From Planctomycetales bacterium (GTDB lineage Bacteria; 4484-113): a DNA stretch of 64,000 bases. This document shows, one piece after another, positions 26,975 through 38,400 of the stretch. How positions within the stretch are numbered: position 1 is the first letter of the stretch; the number at the start of each line of letters is the position of its first letter. Where the stretch lies: contig JBBIRS010000008.1 in the NCBI GenBank assembly GCA_037441675.1, positions 1 through 64,000 on the forward strand, read 5' to 3'. A model generated the notes under the pieces. It was not told the origin of the DNA. It saw only the letters and a program-made list of their open reading frames with translations, and did not search any database. A program made the translations under genes and the position numbers.

Positions 26975-29464
26975 ATGAATATCTTGGATTTCTTCTCATT
27001 TTCTGCTAGGAAGCTAATTGCAAAGAGTAACGAGGTTTGCTTGGAATTTAACAACCAGTTTATAGAACCCGAACACATCTTTTACGCAATGCTTTCTCTC
27101 CAGCAGTGCTCCGCCCTGCAGGTTGTGCAACAGTTAGGGGTAAACATACCAAAGCTCCAATACACTCTCGAGAATTATCTTTACCAGCATCTTGGCAATT
27201 ACAAGGGCAGTCCAAATTTTAGTCGTAGGACCTTAAATTTACTTGAGGCTGCTAACCGCGAGGTAAAAAGGCTGAGGCATCGGGAGATCGGCACCACCCA
27301 CATCCTTATCGCGCTCGCCCAAGAGGAGAGCGAATTCCTGCAATCAGTTTTTGCAGAGAACAACCTCACTGAAGACCTTATCCGTGAAACTTTTCTTAAC
27401 TATTTGCGAGATGTAGGTAGGGGAAAAGAGAGACGTGAAAGACCTCAGGGCGCCGCGTTCAAATTTTCTCGGGATTTATTGGAACTTGCAAAGGAGGGTA
27501 GGCTTGATCCAGTCATTGGAAGACAGCGTGAAATAAACCGTCTAACTCATATTCTATGTAAACGTGTCAAGAATAATCCAATGCTCGTAGGGGAACCTGG
27601 AGTGGGTAAAACGGCAATCGTGGAGGGACTTGCTCAGAGAATTTCAAAGGATCAGGTTCCACCTGCCCTAAGGGATAAAAGGATACTTGCACTGGATATG
27701 GCAGCGATTGTCGCTGGAACAAAGTTTCGCGGAGAATTTGAGGAAAGGCTTAAAGCAATCATAAAAGAAGTGCAGGAATCCGAGGGCAAGATTATAATCT
27801 TCATTGACGAACTTCATACTATTCTTGGCGCTGGGAGCGCCGAGGGAAGCTTAGATGCTAGCAACATATTGAAGCCAGCCCTTGCAAGGGGAGAGCTGAG
27901 ATGCATAGGCGCTACGACCTTCAAGGAGTTTCGGAAGTACTTTGAGCGCGACGGAGCACTTTCTAGAAGGTTTCAACCAATTTTCGTGGAAGAACCTTCT
28001 TTTGAGGAAACCCTTGAAATACTGCGGGGTTTGAAGCCAGAGTATGAAAAGCACCACAAGGTAATTATCACTGAAGAAGCGCTACACCAGGCAATTTACC
28101 TATCTCAAAGGTTTATTCTTGACAGAAAACTCCCTGACAAGGCAATTGATGTGATGGACGAAGCATCAGCTTGGATCAATCTGGAAATGGAAGCAAGGAG
28201 AAGAAGTGGAGCGAAGCAGTCTCCCTTGGAAGACGATGAAACGCGGGAGCTTATAGAATCAGCCTCCTCGGGAGCTCCAACCCTTATTGAAAACTTTGAC
28301 GCAACTGAAGTGGAAAAAGCTTCTAAGCTTCTTGGGATGAGTGATGATATTGAGATTGTCAGTAACGTCGTAGATGAAAGACACATCGCGAAAGTTGTAG
28401 AAATGTGGACGGGTATTCCAACCAAGACCATCACCATGGATGATCAGGAGAGAATACTACATCTTGACTCGGTTCTGCAGAAGAGAATAGTGGGTCAAGA
28501 TGAGGCAATTGCCACAGTGGTGAAATCCTTAAAGAGGAGCTTTGCCGGAATACGTCAGCCAAATAGGCCCATTGGCTCTTTCATATTCTTAGGGCCGACT
28601 GGCGTGGGGAAGACCGAGCTTGCGAGGGTATTAGCTAAGGAGGTGTTTGCCCACCCTGATGCATTTATAAAGGTTGATCTCTCTGAGTATTCTGAGAAGT
28701 TCACTGTTAGTAGGCTTATAGGCTCTCCACCAGGTTACGTTGGGTATGACGAGGGTGGACAGCTTACAGAGCAGGTGAAACGTCATCCGTATTCTCTGGT
28801 GCTTTTTGACGAAATGGAAAAAGCGCATCCTGATGTCTTTCACACTCTCCTTCAAGTCTTGGATGAGGGTGTTCTCACAGACGGGCAAGGTAGAAAAGTT
28901 TACTTCCATAACACAATCATAATTTTCACGACTAACCTTGGTGGGCGGTTCCTTGATGCTTCAGGTGAAATTGGCTTCAAACAGGAGAAAGTAGAGGTTG
29001 AAAGCGATGAGGAAATAATGAGAAGGTATGCCGGTTATAGAAAAAGAGCGGAAGAATATCTGAAGTCATTCTTCAAGCCTGAATTTCTAAATCGCGTAGA
29101 TGAGATAGTTTTCTTCAAACCACTAACTCGAGTGGATGCTCTTAAAATAGCGGAACTTGAACTATCTTACGTTCGTGAAAGGCTTTGCGATAATAAATAT
29201 TTCGTTGAATTTACTGATAAGGTGTGCTCAAGAGTTGTTGAACTTGGCTTTTCCGGAACCTATGGCGCTAGAAATATTAAGAGAACGATTACGAAGATTA
29301 TAGAAGACCCCATAGCTGAGGCAATTTTAGCCAATAAATTAAGACCAATGCAGAGAGTTGAATGCACTTTCGATGAAGATGGAGAATTGTTGATCATCCC
29401 AGCTCCGGAAAATATCAACGTCTCCGAGGTTGTTCAAGAATCAGAGGTCGGTTCGGAAGGATAA
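26975..29464 (+). CDS. clpC: ATP-dependent Clp protease ATP-binding subunit (ClpC/ClpA-like)
   Basis: Double Clp-N domain; two Walker A motifs ([16 protein letters not shown]); [12 protein letters not shown] ClpP-docking loop. Confidence 0.88.
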   Translation: MNILDFFSFSARKLIAKSNEVCLEFNNQFIEPEHIFYAMLSLQQCSALQVVQQLGVNIPKLQYTLENYLYQHLGNYKGSPNFSRRTLNLLEAANREVKRLRHREIGTTHILIALAQEESEFLQSVFAENNLTEDLIRETFLNYLRDVGRGKERRERPQGAAFKFSRDLLELAKEGRLDPVIGRQREINRLTHILCKRVKNNPMLVGEPGVGKTAIVEGLAQRISKDQVPPALRDKRILALDMAAIVAGTKFRGEFEERLKAIIKEVQESEGKIIIFIDELHTILGAGSAEGSLDASNILKPALARGELRCIGATTFKEFRKYFERDGALSRRFQPIFVEEPSFEETLEILRGLKPEYEKHHKVIITEEALHQAIYLSQRFILDRKLPDKAIDVMDEASAWINLEMEARRRSGAKQSPLEDDETRELIESASSGAPTLIENFDATEVEKASKLLGMSDDIEIVSNVVDERHIAKVVEMWTGIPTKTITMDDQERILHLDSVLQKRIVGQDEAIATVVKSLKRSFAGIRQPNRPIGSFIFLGPTGVGKTELARVLAKEVFAHPDAFIKVDLSEYSEKFTVSRLIGSPPGYVGYDEGGQLTEQVKRHPYSLVLFDEMEKAHPDVFHTLLQVLDEGVLTDGQGRKVYFHNTIIIFTTNLGGRFLDASGEIGFKQEKVEVESDEEIMRRYAGYRKRAEEYLKSFFKPEFLNRVDEIVFFKPLTRVDALKIAELELSYVRERLCDNKYFVEFTDKVCSRVVELGFSGTYGARNIKRTITKIIEDPIAEAILANKLRPMQRVECTFDEDGELLIIPAPENINVSEVVQESEVGSEG

Positions 29465-29484
29465 GCTCATTAGCTTTAACCGCA

Positions 29485-30588
29485 TTACTTCTTCAAGTGC
29501 CTGCGGAGAAAGGCTGGAATATCTAGCTCCTCATCATCATTGGTAATAGTTTGCGCCGCTTCTTCATCAATTGCGGTAATCTCCGAGGCAACGAATTCAC
29601 GCATAGCGGGACGACTAATCAACCTTCTTGATGAGGGGGTTGGAGAGAAACCAGTTGCGAGAACCATAACCTTGACAGAATCGTGCTTTTCCTTATCTAT
29701 GATAGCGCCAAAGATAATATTTGCGTCCTGATCAACACGCTCAGATACCAGGGTTGCGGCTTCATTAACCTCCTGTAAGGTAAGATCCCTGCCTCCGGTG
29801 AAGTTTATCAACACTCCAGTCGCGCCATCTATACTGCTCTCAAGAAGTGGACTTATTATTGCCTGTTCAACTGCTACCCTGCTTCTGTTCTCACCGCTAG
29901 CCTCGCCAAGTCCAATAAGTGCAGTTCCAGAATCTTTCATAACCATTTTAACGTCTGCAAAGTCAAGGTTGATGAGTCCAGGCTTGAGGATAAGCTCGCT
30001 AATACCGATTACACCCTGTCTGAGTATCTCATCAGCCATCATAAAGGCATCCTGAAGTCCGGTAGTCGCGCTGGCTAGATCAAGCAGTTTGTCGTTGGGA
30101 ATTACTATTAGGGAATCCACATTCTGGCGAAGATTCTCAATGCCTTCTTCGGCTATCCTTGACCTTCTTCTCCCTTCAAAGGCGAAGGGACGAGTAACAA
30201 CACCAACGGTGAGAGCGCCACCTTCCTTTGCAGTAAGAGCGATAAGAGGACTTGCCCCGGTTCCAGTCCCACCACCCATTCCGCATGTGATAAACACCAT
30301 ATCAGCATTGCGAACCATTTCAGCAATATCGGATCTACTTTCCTCCGCTGCCTTCTTGCCGATTTCGGGATTGCTTCCAGAACCAAGTCCACGGGTGAGT
30401 TTGGCACCTAACTGGAGTTTGTGGGTAGCCTCGCTTCTTTGAAGCGCCTGAAAGTCTGTGTTTACCGCGATAAAGTCCACGCCAGATAGTCCGCTTTCAA
30501 TCATTCTGTCCAAGGCGTTGCAACCGCCTCCCCCAACTCCAATTACCTTTATTTTTGCTTGTAAGTCTTCACGATAATAATCGCTCAT
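29485..30588 (-). CDS. ftsZ: Cell division protein FtsZ
   Basis: [25 protein letters not shown]-terminal [11 protein letters not shown] 30588 has a GAGGA RBS. Confidence 0.97.
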   Translation of the reverse strand: MSDYYREDLQAKIKVIGVGGGGCNALDRMIESGLSGVDFIAVNTDFQALQRSEATHKLQLGAKLTRGLGSGSNPEIGKKAAEESRSDIAEMVRNADMVFITCGMGGGTGTGASPLIALTAKEGGALTVGVVTRPFAFEGRRRSRIAEEGIENLRQNVDSLIVIPNDKLLDLASATTGLQDAFMMADEILRQGVIGISELILKPGLINLDFADVKMVMKDSGTALIGLGEASGENRSRVAVEQAIISPLLESSIDGATGVLINFTGGRDLTLQEVNEAATLVSERVDQDANIIFGAIIDKEKHDSVKVMVLATGFSPTPSSRRLISRPAMREFVASEITAIDEEAAQTITNDDEELDIPAFLRRHLKK

Positions 30589-30818
30589 TAGCTTTTCCTC
30601 ACTTCCAATATTACTTAATTGCCTGAAATCAGAGCCATAACCGGGAACACTGCGCGTATCAAGGTTAGAACTTGGAATGTCCTTAGCATTACCGTAGACA
30701 TCACCTTCAAACAGGTTCCCGCTCACATTCAGCGGGTTAAATCATAAGACAAAAGACTAATTCTGGCAAGCCTTATCATTTATCTATCTAAATTGTGCAC
30801 AAAAATAAGTTTGGGGAT

Positions 30819-31475
30819 TTACTTTAAGCCTCGCTGAAGGTAGTAACTTATAACTTCCATATTGGTGGTTAAATCCACATTGATGCAAATTATGTCAGGC
30901 GGGAGAGAAAGCGGAACAGGGGCAAAGTTCAGGATGCCCTTAACTCCAGCGGCAAGTAAAGTGTTGGCAACAAATTGTGCGGAAAATGCAGGAACGCAAA
31001 TAATCCCAATGCTTATTGGTCCCTTCTTTTTCACATACTCCTCAACTGTGAACACGGACATAATTTCCAAGTCGTTTATTTTGGTGCCAACCTTAGCAGG
31101 GTCTGAATCAAAAAGACCAACTATCTTGAAACCCTTTTCCGCAAAGCCTTTATAGCCAAGAAGCGCTCTTCCCAGATGACCAACTCCAACAAGAATGACT
31201 TTTCGCTCTTTATTCAAACCAAGTATCTTCTTGATTTGGGTTATTAAGAGTTTGGTTTCATAGCCAACACCTCGTACTCCAAACTCACCAAAGTAACTTA
31301 GGTCTTTACGAACGAGAAAGGAATTGACCTTCGCCTCTTTGGCAAGCTCGTTGCTAGAAATTTTGAGAGTGCCAACCGCCTCAACCCGCTCTAGAATCTT
31401 TAGATATTGGGCGAGACGCACTACCGTCGAATAGGGAATTTCGTTGCTTCTTGTTTTAATTGCTTTACGAGGCAC
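30819..31475 (-). CDS. rex: Redox-sensing transcriptional repressor Rex
   Basis: RLAQY, VRKDLSYFGEFG.RGVGY, GVGHLG, ILNFAP. Confidence 0.96.
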   Translation of the reverse strand: MPRKAIKTRSNEIPYSTVVRLAQYLKILERVEAVGTLKISSNELAKEAKVNSFLVRKDLSYFGEFGVRGVGYETKLLITQIKKILGLNKERKVILVGVGHLGRALLGYKGFAEKGFKIVGLFDSDPAKVGTKINDLEIMSVFTVEEYVKKKGPISIGIICVPAFSAQFVANTLLAAGVKGILNFAPVPLSLPPDIICINVDLTTNMEVISYYLQRGLK

Positions 31476-31491
31476 TTTTACCTACCTCCGT

Positions 31492-31563
31492 TAATGATAT
31501 TCTTCACAAGCCTGACTGAATAAAGTTAGCATATTTCTATGAACTTTGTAAAATATTTAACAT
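31492..31563. promoter_or_regulatory. Two candidate Rex operators upstream of rex
   Basis: TTGTGAAGAATATCATTA (minus, 31492-31509) and TTGTAAAATATTTAACAT (31546-31563), each 3 mismatches from TTGTGAA-N4-TTCACAA. Confidence 0.5.
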
Positions 31564-31731
31564 AATATTTCCCCTTGAATTTTAGCATTACCTCTTAAAA
31601 TTGAAGCTATAGTGAATTTTGCTTCAAATAAATATGTATAAATAGTCTTTCATTGTTGGTAAAAACTAAATTTTATACTGTGAGGGCTTTAGTACTTTTG
31701 CGCAAAAAGCTTGGAATAAAAGAAGCTTGGA

Positions 31732-31829
31732 ATAAATAGGGGACCTTCAATTAAACTGTAGGTCCCCTTTGTTGGCGGTTACTTCTTTCACCGCCAAACG
31801 CCTAGGTTAGGAGGGTTATATAAATTCAT
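31732..31829 (-). ncRNA. Candidate ~95-nt small RNA or leader
   Basis: Preceded by TTGCAA-17-TATATT (31863-31835); contains CCCTCC, an 8-bp hairpin (31772-31797) and the terminal hairpin. Confidence 0.35.
31738..31770. terminator. Intrinsic terminator-like hairpin
   Basis: AGGGGACCT...AGGTCCCCT stem with T-rich tails on both strands. Confidence 0.6.
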
Positions 31830-31956
31830 AATAAAATATACCGAAAATCAATTACAATTGCAACTAAAAATCAAACTCATCCCTCTTCATAGAACAAACT
31901 TCGCCAATTAACTCTCCTATGCTAAAATATATTTATTTAGTAATCAGAGCATAATT

Positions 31957-33705
31957 ATGATAAGGAATAATTTTACTGGGTTTAATTTAGTATTTTGCTT
32001 TTTGCTTTTGCTTCTCGCTTCGTGTGGTGGTGGAGTAACTTCTAACAACATACTCTCTCCTCATTCTAGTGATAACGATAATTTTCAGAAAGGTTTACCG
32101 ATAAATTACTCTATCTCTGTTGTTCCTCTGAATCTAAATTACAGTGCGCCAAGAATTGAAATTCGCAGAATATCCAACACAATTCCTGGTGAAAATCTGA
32201 TTGCGCGATTTAGGGTAGATTTCCCGGAAGGAGTAACATTTCCCATTCTAGTTGACTTACTCTTTAAGGGGAACGCACCTAAAATCAATTCGGACGAGAC
32301 TGTAGTTCTGAAGCAGTTATTAGGAGTATCAACCAAGCCAGTTGGGTTTGCTCAGCAAGTAAGCTCCGGATTCAGAGCATTAATTCCTAGGGATGGTGAA
32401 TACATTTTGGCGAGAATAGCTCGTCAAGCAGTTCCTATTGATAGCTTCATGATATTTGCTAGCGCAGATAGAACCAGCGGAAGCGCTCCTCTAACCGTTA
32501 ATTTTTCCGCTCGTCCTTTGAATGAAACGGGTAGTGTTAGTTATAATTGGCAGTTTGGTGATGGTGGAACTTCCAATGAGCAAAACCCAACTTACACTTA
32601 TACCACCCCGGGAAATTATGTTGTTCTTCTGAGCGCTGAGGACTCTGCTGAAAATCAGTTCTTCTCGTTTTCCACGCCAATTGAGGTTATTGGGGTTGGC
32701 GTAGCCTCTATCTCGGGAATTGTGCGAAACGCATCTACCGGTTTACCCTTAAGCGGGATACTAGTGACGCTCGTCAGAGCTGACTTAAGTTTTTCCTCAA
32801 CTACAACTGATTCTTCAGGCTTCTACGAGTTTACAAACCTACCCGCTGGGGAATACTCGTTAATTTTCTCAGGTTCTGGATTCACCTCTTACACTCAGGT
32901 GGTATCGGTGAGCGAACTACCTATCAGAGTTGATAGCAATCTCAGAGCTGCGGATGTTATACCAACTTCTACGCCTACTTTCCTCTTTAATATGCCTCCG
33001 TATACTCTAGATGCAGTAAGCGGTATCGCCACAATTGATGCGTCAATACAGGAATATGTTGGAGATTCTGTTTTGAGGATATTGAACGGGAGAGCATCAA
33101 CTATACCCTTTGTTCTTGAGCAGGATACTGGCATCATAGGGAGATTTGTGGACACGATAATACTCACCTTGGGGACAAACTCAATTCGCTATGTTTGCGC
33201 TAACCACACGGGTGTGACTGTCTCCGATGAAATCATAATTGAATGGACACCACAGGCGGGAGAAAGAATTCTCTTCCGTGCGACACTAACCTGGGACAGG
33301 GGAACGGAAACAAACGCCCATGATATGGACTTGCACGTGGTTGACCCAAATGGCGAGGAGGCGTATTACGCCAATCTAAACATCGGGACTGGCAATCTAG
33401 ACGTGGATAACGTTATTGGCTTTGGGCCGGAAAACTTTACCGCAATTGTACCTGCCCGCCAGAATCCAGTTCCTGGCACGTATCACGTCTTCGTGGTTTA
33501 CTTCAGTGGAATTGAACCAACTAACAACACTATTACCCTGCGCGTAAATCCCGGCACACCCAATGAAGAGGTCGTGACAGTTGGCCCACATCTGCTTCAA
33601 CAGGTTGATGAAATTTGGTATGCGGTTGACGTAATTGTTGATAGTTCTGGTCTTGCCACCTATGTTATTCCGGGAACGCCTCCGGGCGCAACCTTTCCGA
33701 ACTAA
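31957..33705 (+). CDS. Lipoprotein with PKD, carboxypeptidase-regulatory-like and YfaP/DUF2135-like domains
   Basis: Lipobox LASCGGG; WQFGDG (PKD); TTTDSSGFYEFTNLPAGEY; LTWD...DMDLHVVDPNG...LDVDNVIGFGPEN. Confidence 0.85.
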   Translation: MIRNNFTGFNLVFCFLLLLLASCGGGVTSNNILSPHSSDNDNFQKGLPINYSISVVPLNLNYSAPRIEIRRISNTIPGENLIARFRVDFPEGVTFPILVDLLFKGNAPKINSDETVVLKQLLGVSTKPVGFAQQVSSGFRALIPRDGEYILARIARQAVPIDSFMIFASADRTSGSAPLTVNFSARPLNETGSVSYNWQFGDGGTSNEQNPTYTYTTPGNYVVLLSAEDSAENQFFSFSTPIEVIGVGVASISGIVRNASTGLPLSGILVTLVRADLSFSSTTTDSSGFYEFTNLPAGEYSLIFSGSGFTSYTQVVSVSELPIRVDSNLRAADVIPTSTPTFLFNMPPYTLDAVSGIATIDASIQEYVGDSVLRILNGRASTIPFVLEQDTGIIGRFVDTIILTLGTNSIRYVCANHTGVTVSDEIIIEWTPQAGERILFRATLTWDRGTETNAHDMDLHVVDPNGEEAYYANLNIGTGNLDVDNVIGFGPENFTAIVPARQNPVPGTYHVFVVYFSGIEPTNNTITLRVNPGTPNEEVVTVGPHLLQQVDEIWYAVDVIVDSSGLATYVIPGTPPGATFPN

Positions 33706-34014
33706 CTTGGCACTTGGAGCGGCAGTTGGGCTAGCGTTTATGGCGTGGATAGCGGTACCTTTGTCGCGGATATCACCTTTCAATCTGGTGAAGATTTCAC
33801 AGCATTCATAGTATTGACATACGTTCCAAATTTACCAAACGCTAATGTAAGTGGCAGTGTAATAACAGATGGTAGTATCACAATCGGCGCGATAGATTCG
33901 GAAAACCAACAACAGGTTATCACCTTCTCTGGAAATGTTTTCTGAAGCATAATGGCTGGAACATACACGACGATTTCGGGAGATAGTGACTCTTCGTGCG
34001 CGAACCGAACCTGA
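33706..34014 (+). pseudogene. Degenerate in-frame C-terminal beta domain of the upstream lipoprotein
   Basis: The same frame continues after TAA 33703 as LGTWSGSWASVYGVDSGTF...FSGNVF*SIMAGTYTTISGDS. Confidence 0.6.
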
Positions 34015-34123
34015 AATGCATTTCAATGAGCTAAGAGATAGAGAGTGAGTGAGAATGAAGCCATTTCTTCAGCTTTAAGAAATGAGCGGGGAAGTTACTT
34101 CTATGTGGGATGGGAGTTCGCCC

Positions 34124-34537
34124 TCAGACGCCTTTATGTTCCTCACTTTCTGGAAGTTTTAACAGGCTTTCCTCTTCTTCGCGTTTTTTCTTCTCTTCCT
34201 CGAGTTTCTTTTTCAGCTCTGGGAATTGTTCTTTGATATACTCTTGGCGTTTCACAGGGTCAAGCGCAGCAAGAGGAGAACGAGCGTAAAACTCAATGAA
34301 ACCGCATTTAAGACACATATAGGTATCAATGGGAGTAGCGCGGTCGTACTTGACTTGCATCCATCCATATGTGGCAACAAAATGAGGCTCTCTCGTCACT
34401 CCAAAGTTGGCAACGCTTGAAAACTCACCCTTGAGCATTTCGCCATTGCACTTGGGGCAACGCCTCTCGTCGGAGTGAGCCTTTCCCGTGTCAGCCGGGA
34501 ACTCAATCTCACCCGGCTTACCCTTTCTTTTCGGCAT
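34124..34537 (-). CDS. Zinc-ribbon domain protein
   Basis: CPKC...CLKCGFIEFYA; charged C-terminal tail. Confidence 0.75.
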   Translation of the reverse strand: MPKRKGKPGEIEFPADTGKAHSDERRCPKCNGEMLKGEFSSVANFGVTREPHFVATYGWMQVKYDRATPIDTYMCLKCGFIEFYARSPLAALDPVKRQEYIKEQFPELKKKLEEEKKKREEEESLLKLPESEEHKGV

Positions 34538-34628
34538 TGACACCGTCCTTATATTTTAACATCAATGGCGGATTTACTAGTTTTTTAAGTTGTTTATTTA
34601 TCTTATGCTTAGCTATTCCCAATCATCC

Positions 34629-35156
34629 TCACCACAATACCAATAGAGCTAAAACTACGAAAGCAGCGGAAATTAGAGGTAGCCATAACATCCATCCATC
34701 AACAATGTCACTTTTTATGATAAACACCATTATGGGTTCACTGCCTATGATCTCTTCCTCATAGGTGCCGTTTGTCTGTTGAAAGCGGATAAAATACTTT
34801 CCAGAGTCTCTTAGCTTGAAGGACGTTCTCTTGGAATAGTTCTCGCCAAAGGCGTTACTACCTGAAAGGATTAAATCAGTTTGTGGATGGATAACTTGTA
34901 GATTTTCATTCAAAATCTCTATCCTCGTTTCCCATGCGGGAATGGATATTGGTTTTCTCACCTTGAATGAGTAAATTGTCTTTGCGCCTGATTTTATGTA
35001 AAAGGGACCGAAAATTTTACCTCGGGTAATCTCTTCAACGGAAGCTTGCTGAAGCAGGATTATCCTCCCGGATAGATAAGTTGCCCATAAGTAATAACCA
35101 AACGCTAGAATGAGAACTAAAACTATAACCGTGCCTTTCCTTCTTCTGTGATACAT
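34629..35156 (-). CDS. Hypothetical membrane protein (N- and C-terminal TM helices)
   Basis: Open frame with two hydrophobic ends; start uncertain. Confidence 0.65.
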   Translation of the reverse strand: MYHRRRKGTVIVLVLILAFGYYLWATYLSGRIILLQQASVEEITRGKIFGPFYIKSGAKTIYSFKVRKPISIPAWETRIEILNENLQVIHPQTDLILSGSNAFGENYSKRTSFKLRDSGKYFIRFQQTNGTYEEEIIGSEPIMVFIIKSDIVDGWMLWLPLISAAFVVLALLVLW

Positions 35157-35477
35157 TCGTGAAAGGACGAGTTCTTCTTCGCTAAAGGATTTACCGCTTC
35201 CCCCGAACACGCATAGATTATAGAAGAATGGAGGCTTAATAAGCAATATACTGATATAGAAAGATAGTGAGCGTGATAAATAAAGAACTAATAAAGGACT
35301 TAAAGAGCGATTGGATTACACTGCATCACTGTCAAATAAACCCTAAGAGGGTAAAATAAAAGTGAGCCCCGAAGCCAGTATAATTTTAAGGTAGCAAGGC
35401 GGGAAATTTTAGCTAATATCAAGATAACTATTGCAAGTATTTGGTGCGCAATTTATCTTTTGGCTAAATTGAGGAAG

Positions 35478-38400
35478 ATGAAAATGAAAAGAACACTCTG
35501 TTTACACAAATTACTTGCAGTTATGTTGCTTTTCCTGATAAGTTTTCATTTGTATTCATGTGGAAATGGGGGATTAAAGACTGTATCAACTCCGAGCCCA
35601 ATTGCGAATCAAATTACCGCATTTAGCGATTCTTCCGAAGAGGAACTAAAGTTACAAGCGGGCAATATCGCAGAGCCGATAGACCCTTTAGAGCTTGGGA
35701 GGGAATTAGCGGTATCAACCGCTGGAAATCCTGAGTTTTCCCTATTTCTTCAAGACAATAGGAACAACCTGATAGATAATGCTCCCTTCCGCTTGGAAAT
35801 TTCCATCACATTAACGGGGGATCTTTCAGTGGGGATTGTCACTACATCGGATATGGAAGGATTACCATCCCTGCTAGGTTATCTCAGGTATGCCTCGGAC
35901 AAACTCCACGTGGAAGAGGTTAATTGGAATGAGTATGTCTACTCCGCGGATGAAGCCATTTTATTTTCTGCGATAATTCCGAAGCATCTTGCGCTAGCAG
36001 TTGAACCTATTGGCGATGTCCATCTTAAGCCGATTGAAGCTGGCACCCGCATACTTGAGGTAATCTTCTCCAATTCCAGTGAAAACGCACGAAAAGCCGT
36101 AAGCCTAGCCCCAAGAGGCGCAAACAACAAAGTAATTCCAGAACTTAATTGGATTGGCGGAAGGCTAGCGCTTAACTTTGAAGGAAGGAATATGGGGGAT
36201 TACAACTTGGATGGAGCGGTTAGCATTGCTGATGTCTCGATTTTAGCGCAAAGGTTCCACAAGAGAAGAACAGAACCCAACTGGGACGCCAGGGATAATG
36301 TCGTGGATGGGAATGGAAATGGCGCCATTGAGATAGGGGATGTCAAGGTCATTGCGGACAACTTCTTCTCAAGGCTCTCTGGTTATGACATTGATTTCGC
36401 ATTTGTACCGGTTGATTCTCCCGAACCTAAAGCTTTTGAGCGCATTGTAAATACTCAAGATTCTTCCAAGCCAACTGTTGAGTTCGTCATTCCTCCTCCT
36501 ACCTCCGGTTGGCCAACCTTTAACTTTGAGCTTCCAGATAGGGGATTTGGAACCTATTACGTAAAAGTTATCCCGGTTGGTAAAACCCTAGATGATAGGG
36601 GAATTGAAAGTGACGTCGTTTCCGCTGAAAGAATTAACATTCCCCCTCTTCCACCATCAAACTTCCATTTTACTTCATTCACGAAGAACAGTGTTAGCTT
36701 GGCATGGGCGGTATCCTCGGAAACTGACGTTGTTGGCTATCATATCTATTTCACTGATGATCCAAACGCTGATTCATTAGAGGAGTTGACCAAGGCGAAT
36801 TCAGAGATAATTCCCCGTTTCACTACAACGTTTGAAGTTACAAATCTTACCACCAACACGACCTACTACTTCTTTATAGCGTCAGAGGATGCGAATGGGC
36901 TGCTTTCAGAAGAAGCTAGAATCTTAGCGACTAGAATTTCAGTGGAAGTACTTGACCTTCCGCCCGCTCCTCCAGCTAATTTCCGAGTTAGCGAAACAAC
37001 TTACACGAGTGTCTCCCTAGCCTGGGATGAGAGCCAAGAGAGCGATGTTGTGGGTTATAACATTTATTACACGACGGTGGCGGATGCCCAGTTAAGCCAG
37101 TATCAGCTAGCCAATCCTTCATTGATACCAGTTGCAACTATTGGGTTTACTTTAGAGCCTCTCACTGAGTTCACAACTTACTATTTCGTTATATCCGCTG
37201 TTGATGAGGGCGGGCATGAGAGCCTAGAGCCTGATATTCTGGCGACCAGGGTTCAAGCATTGACAGTTGTTCTGCCCATTGCGGTGGCAAAGATTCTGGA
37301 AAAGGAGCAGTACGGGCAAATATATGAGGATTATCCGTTGACCTTTTCAGCAGAGGATTCATACTCTCCAGCTGGTGCACGTTTAGTTGAATTCACATGG
37401 GACTTTGGAGATGGAAGTCCAATTGAGACAATTCCGGCGTCGGGAACCGCACATCACATATACCCCGCACCCAGCTTAGGGTATAACGTGACTTTGACGG
37501 TGAAGGATGAGTATGGTGTGGAGAGTTCAACAATTATCCAAACTGGAACAATAAATCAGCTAACGGAGCAGAGAATCCTCCTCGTATGGAACATAAACTC
37601 GCCCAACGTGGACGGCGTTATCAAAGACTATTACGGAAGCCCCTACACCGGTCGCGGAATACCCGCGGAGTTCGTCTTGGGGTTACCCTTGTCAATGAAT
37701 GAAGAAATCTCCCGGTCAGAATACGACAATTCCATCCGCATGCCCATACAAGATTACCTTAATAACACCATTGTTCAAACACCTCAAGGACAGAGAGCGC
37801 TCCGTAACGTCATTCACTACATAGTTACCACCAAGGATGTTCCGTTAAAGATAAGCGGAGCTAACAACGCCGCAGTGGACAGCGAGCTAACCTTGCTCTT
37901 TGAAACCTATGACCTCGCGAACGGTATCTACAACCCTTTCTATGGCTGGGAAAGCAGTGACCATTTTGATAAGGGCAATATGGCAAAATCTCAGCGGTGG
38001 CAACCATTTTCATTTACGGCTAGGGAGCCCGACTGGCTCCCAGCTTTCGGCTGGGATGGAACTGATACCGCCACGATTGACTATCTTGTGACCAGACTTA
38101 CCGCGTATACGTTAGAAGAAACTCTAGCGATGATTGACCGTAGCCTTAACGCGTATTCGGGTAACGAATACTACATCATCCTTGACGATCAGTTTAAGGA
38201 TTATGACCGAATGAACGACCCACCGTGGCCCAACATTTGGCCACAAGACAAATCGGCAACGACTGTACTAACAAACTTGGGATATCACGTCTATTCAGAC
38301 ACAACCCACCAGGGCGACCTCATAACCGCAGCATTTCTGGGCGACCCGAGTATTTCAAACAACGTTCTGGGGTACTGCTCTCATGGGGTGCACTCTGATT

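Noticed and set aside
30589..30726. 46-aa N-terminal extension of FtsZ
   Set aside because: ATG 30588 has a GAGGA RBS and gives a normal-length FtsZ; the upstream GTG lacks an RBS
1647..34014. Genome-wide stop-codon reassignment suggested by in-frame TAG, TAA and TGA
   Set aside because: Conserved genes terminate normally with all three stops (rpsO and coxI TAG, ftsZ TAA, hslV TGA); internal stops are confined to accessory genes
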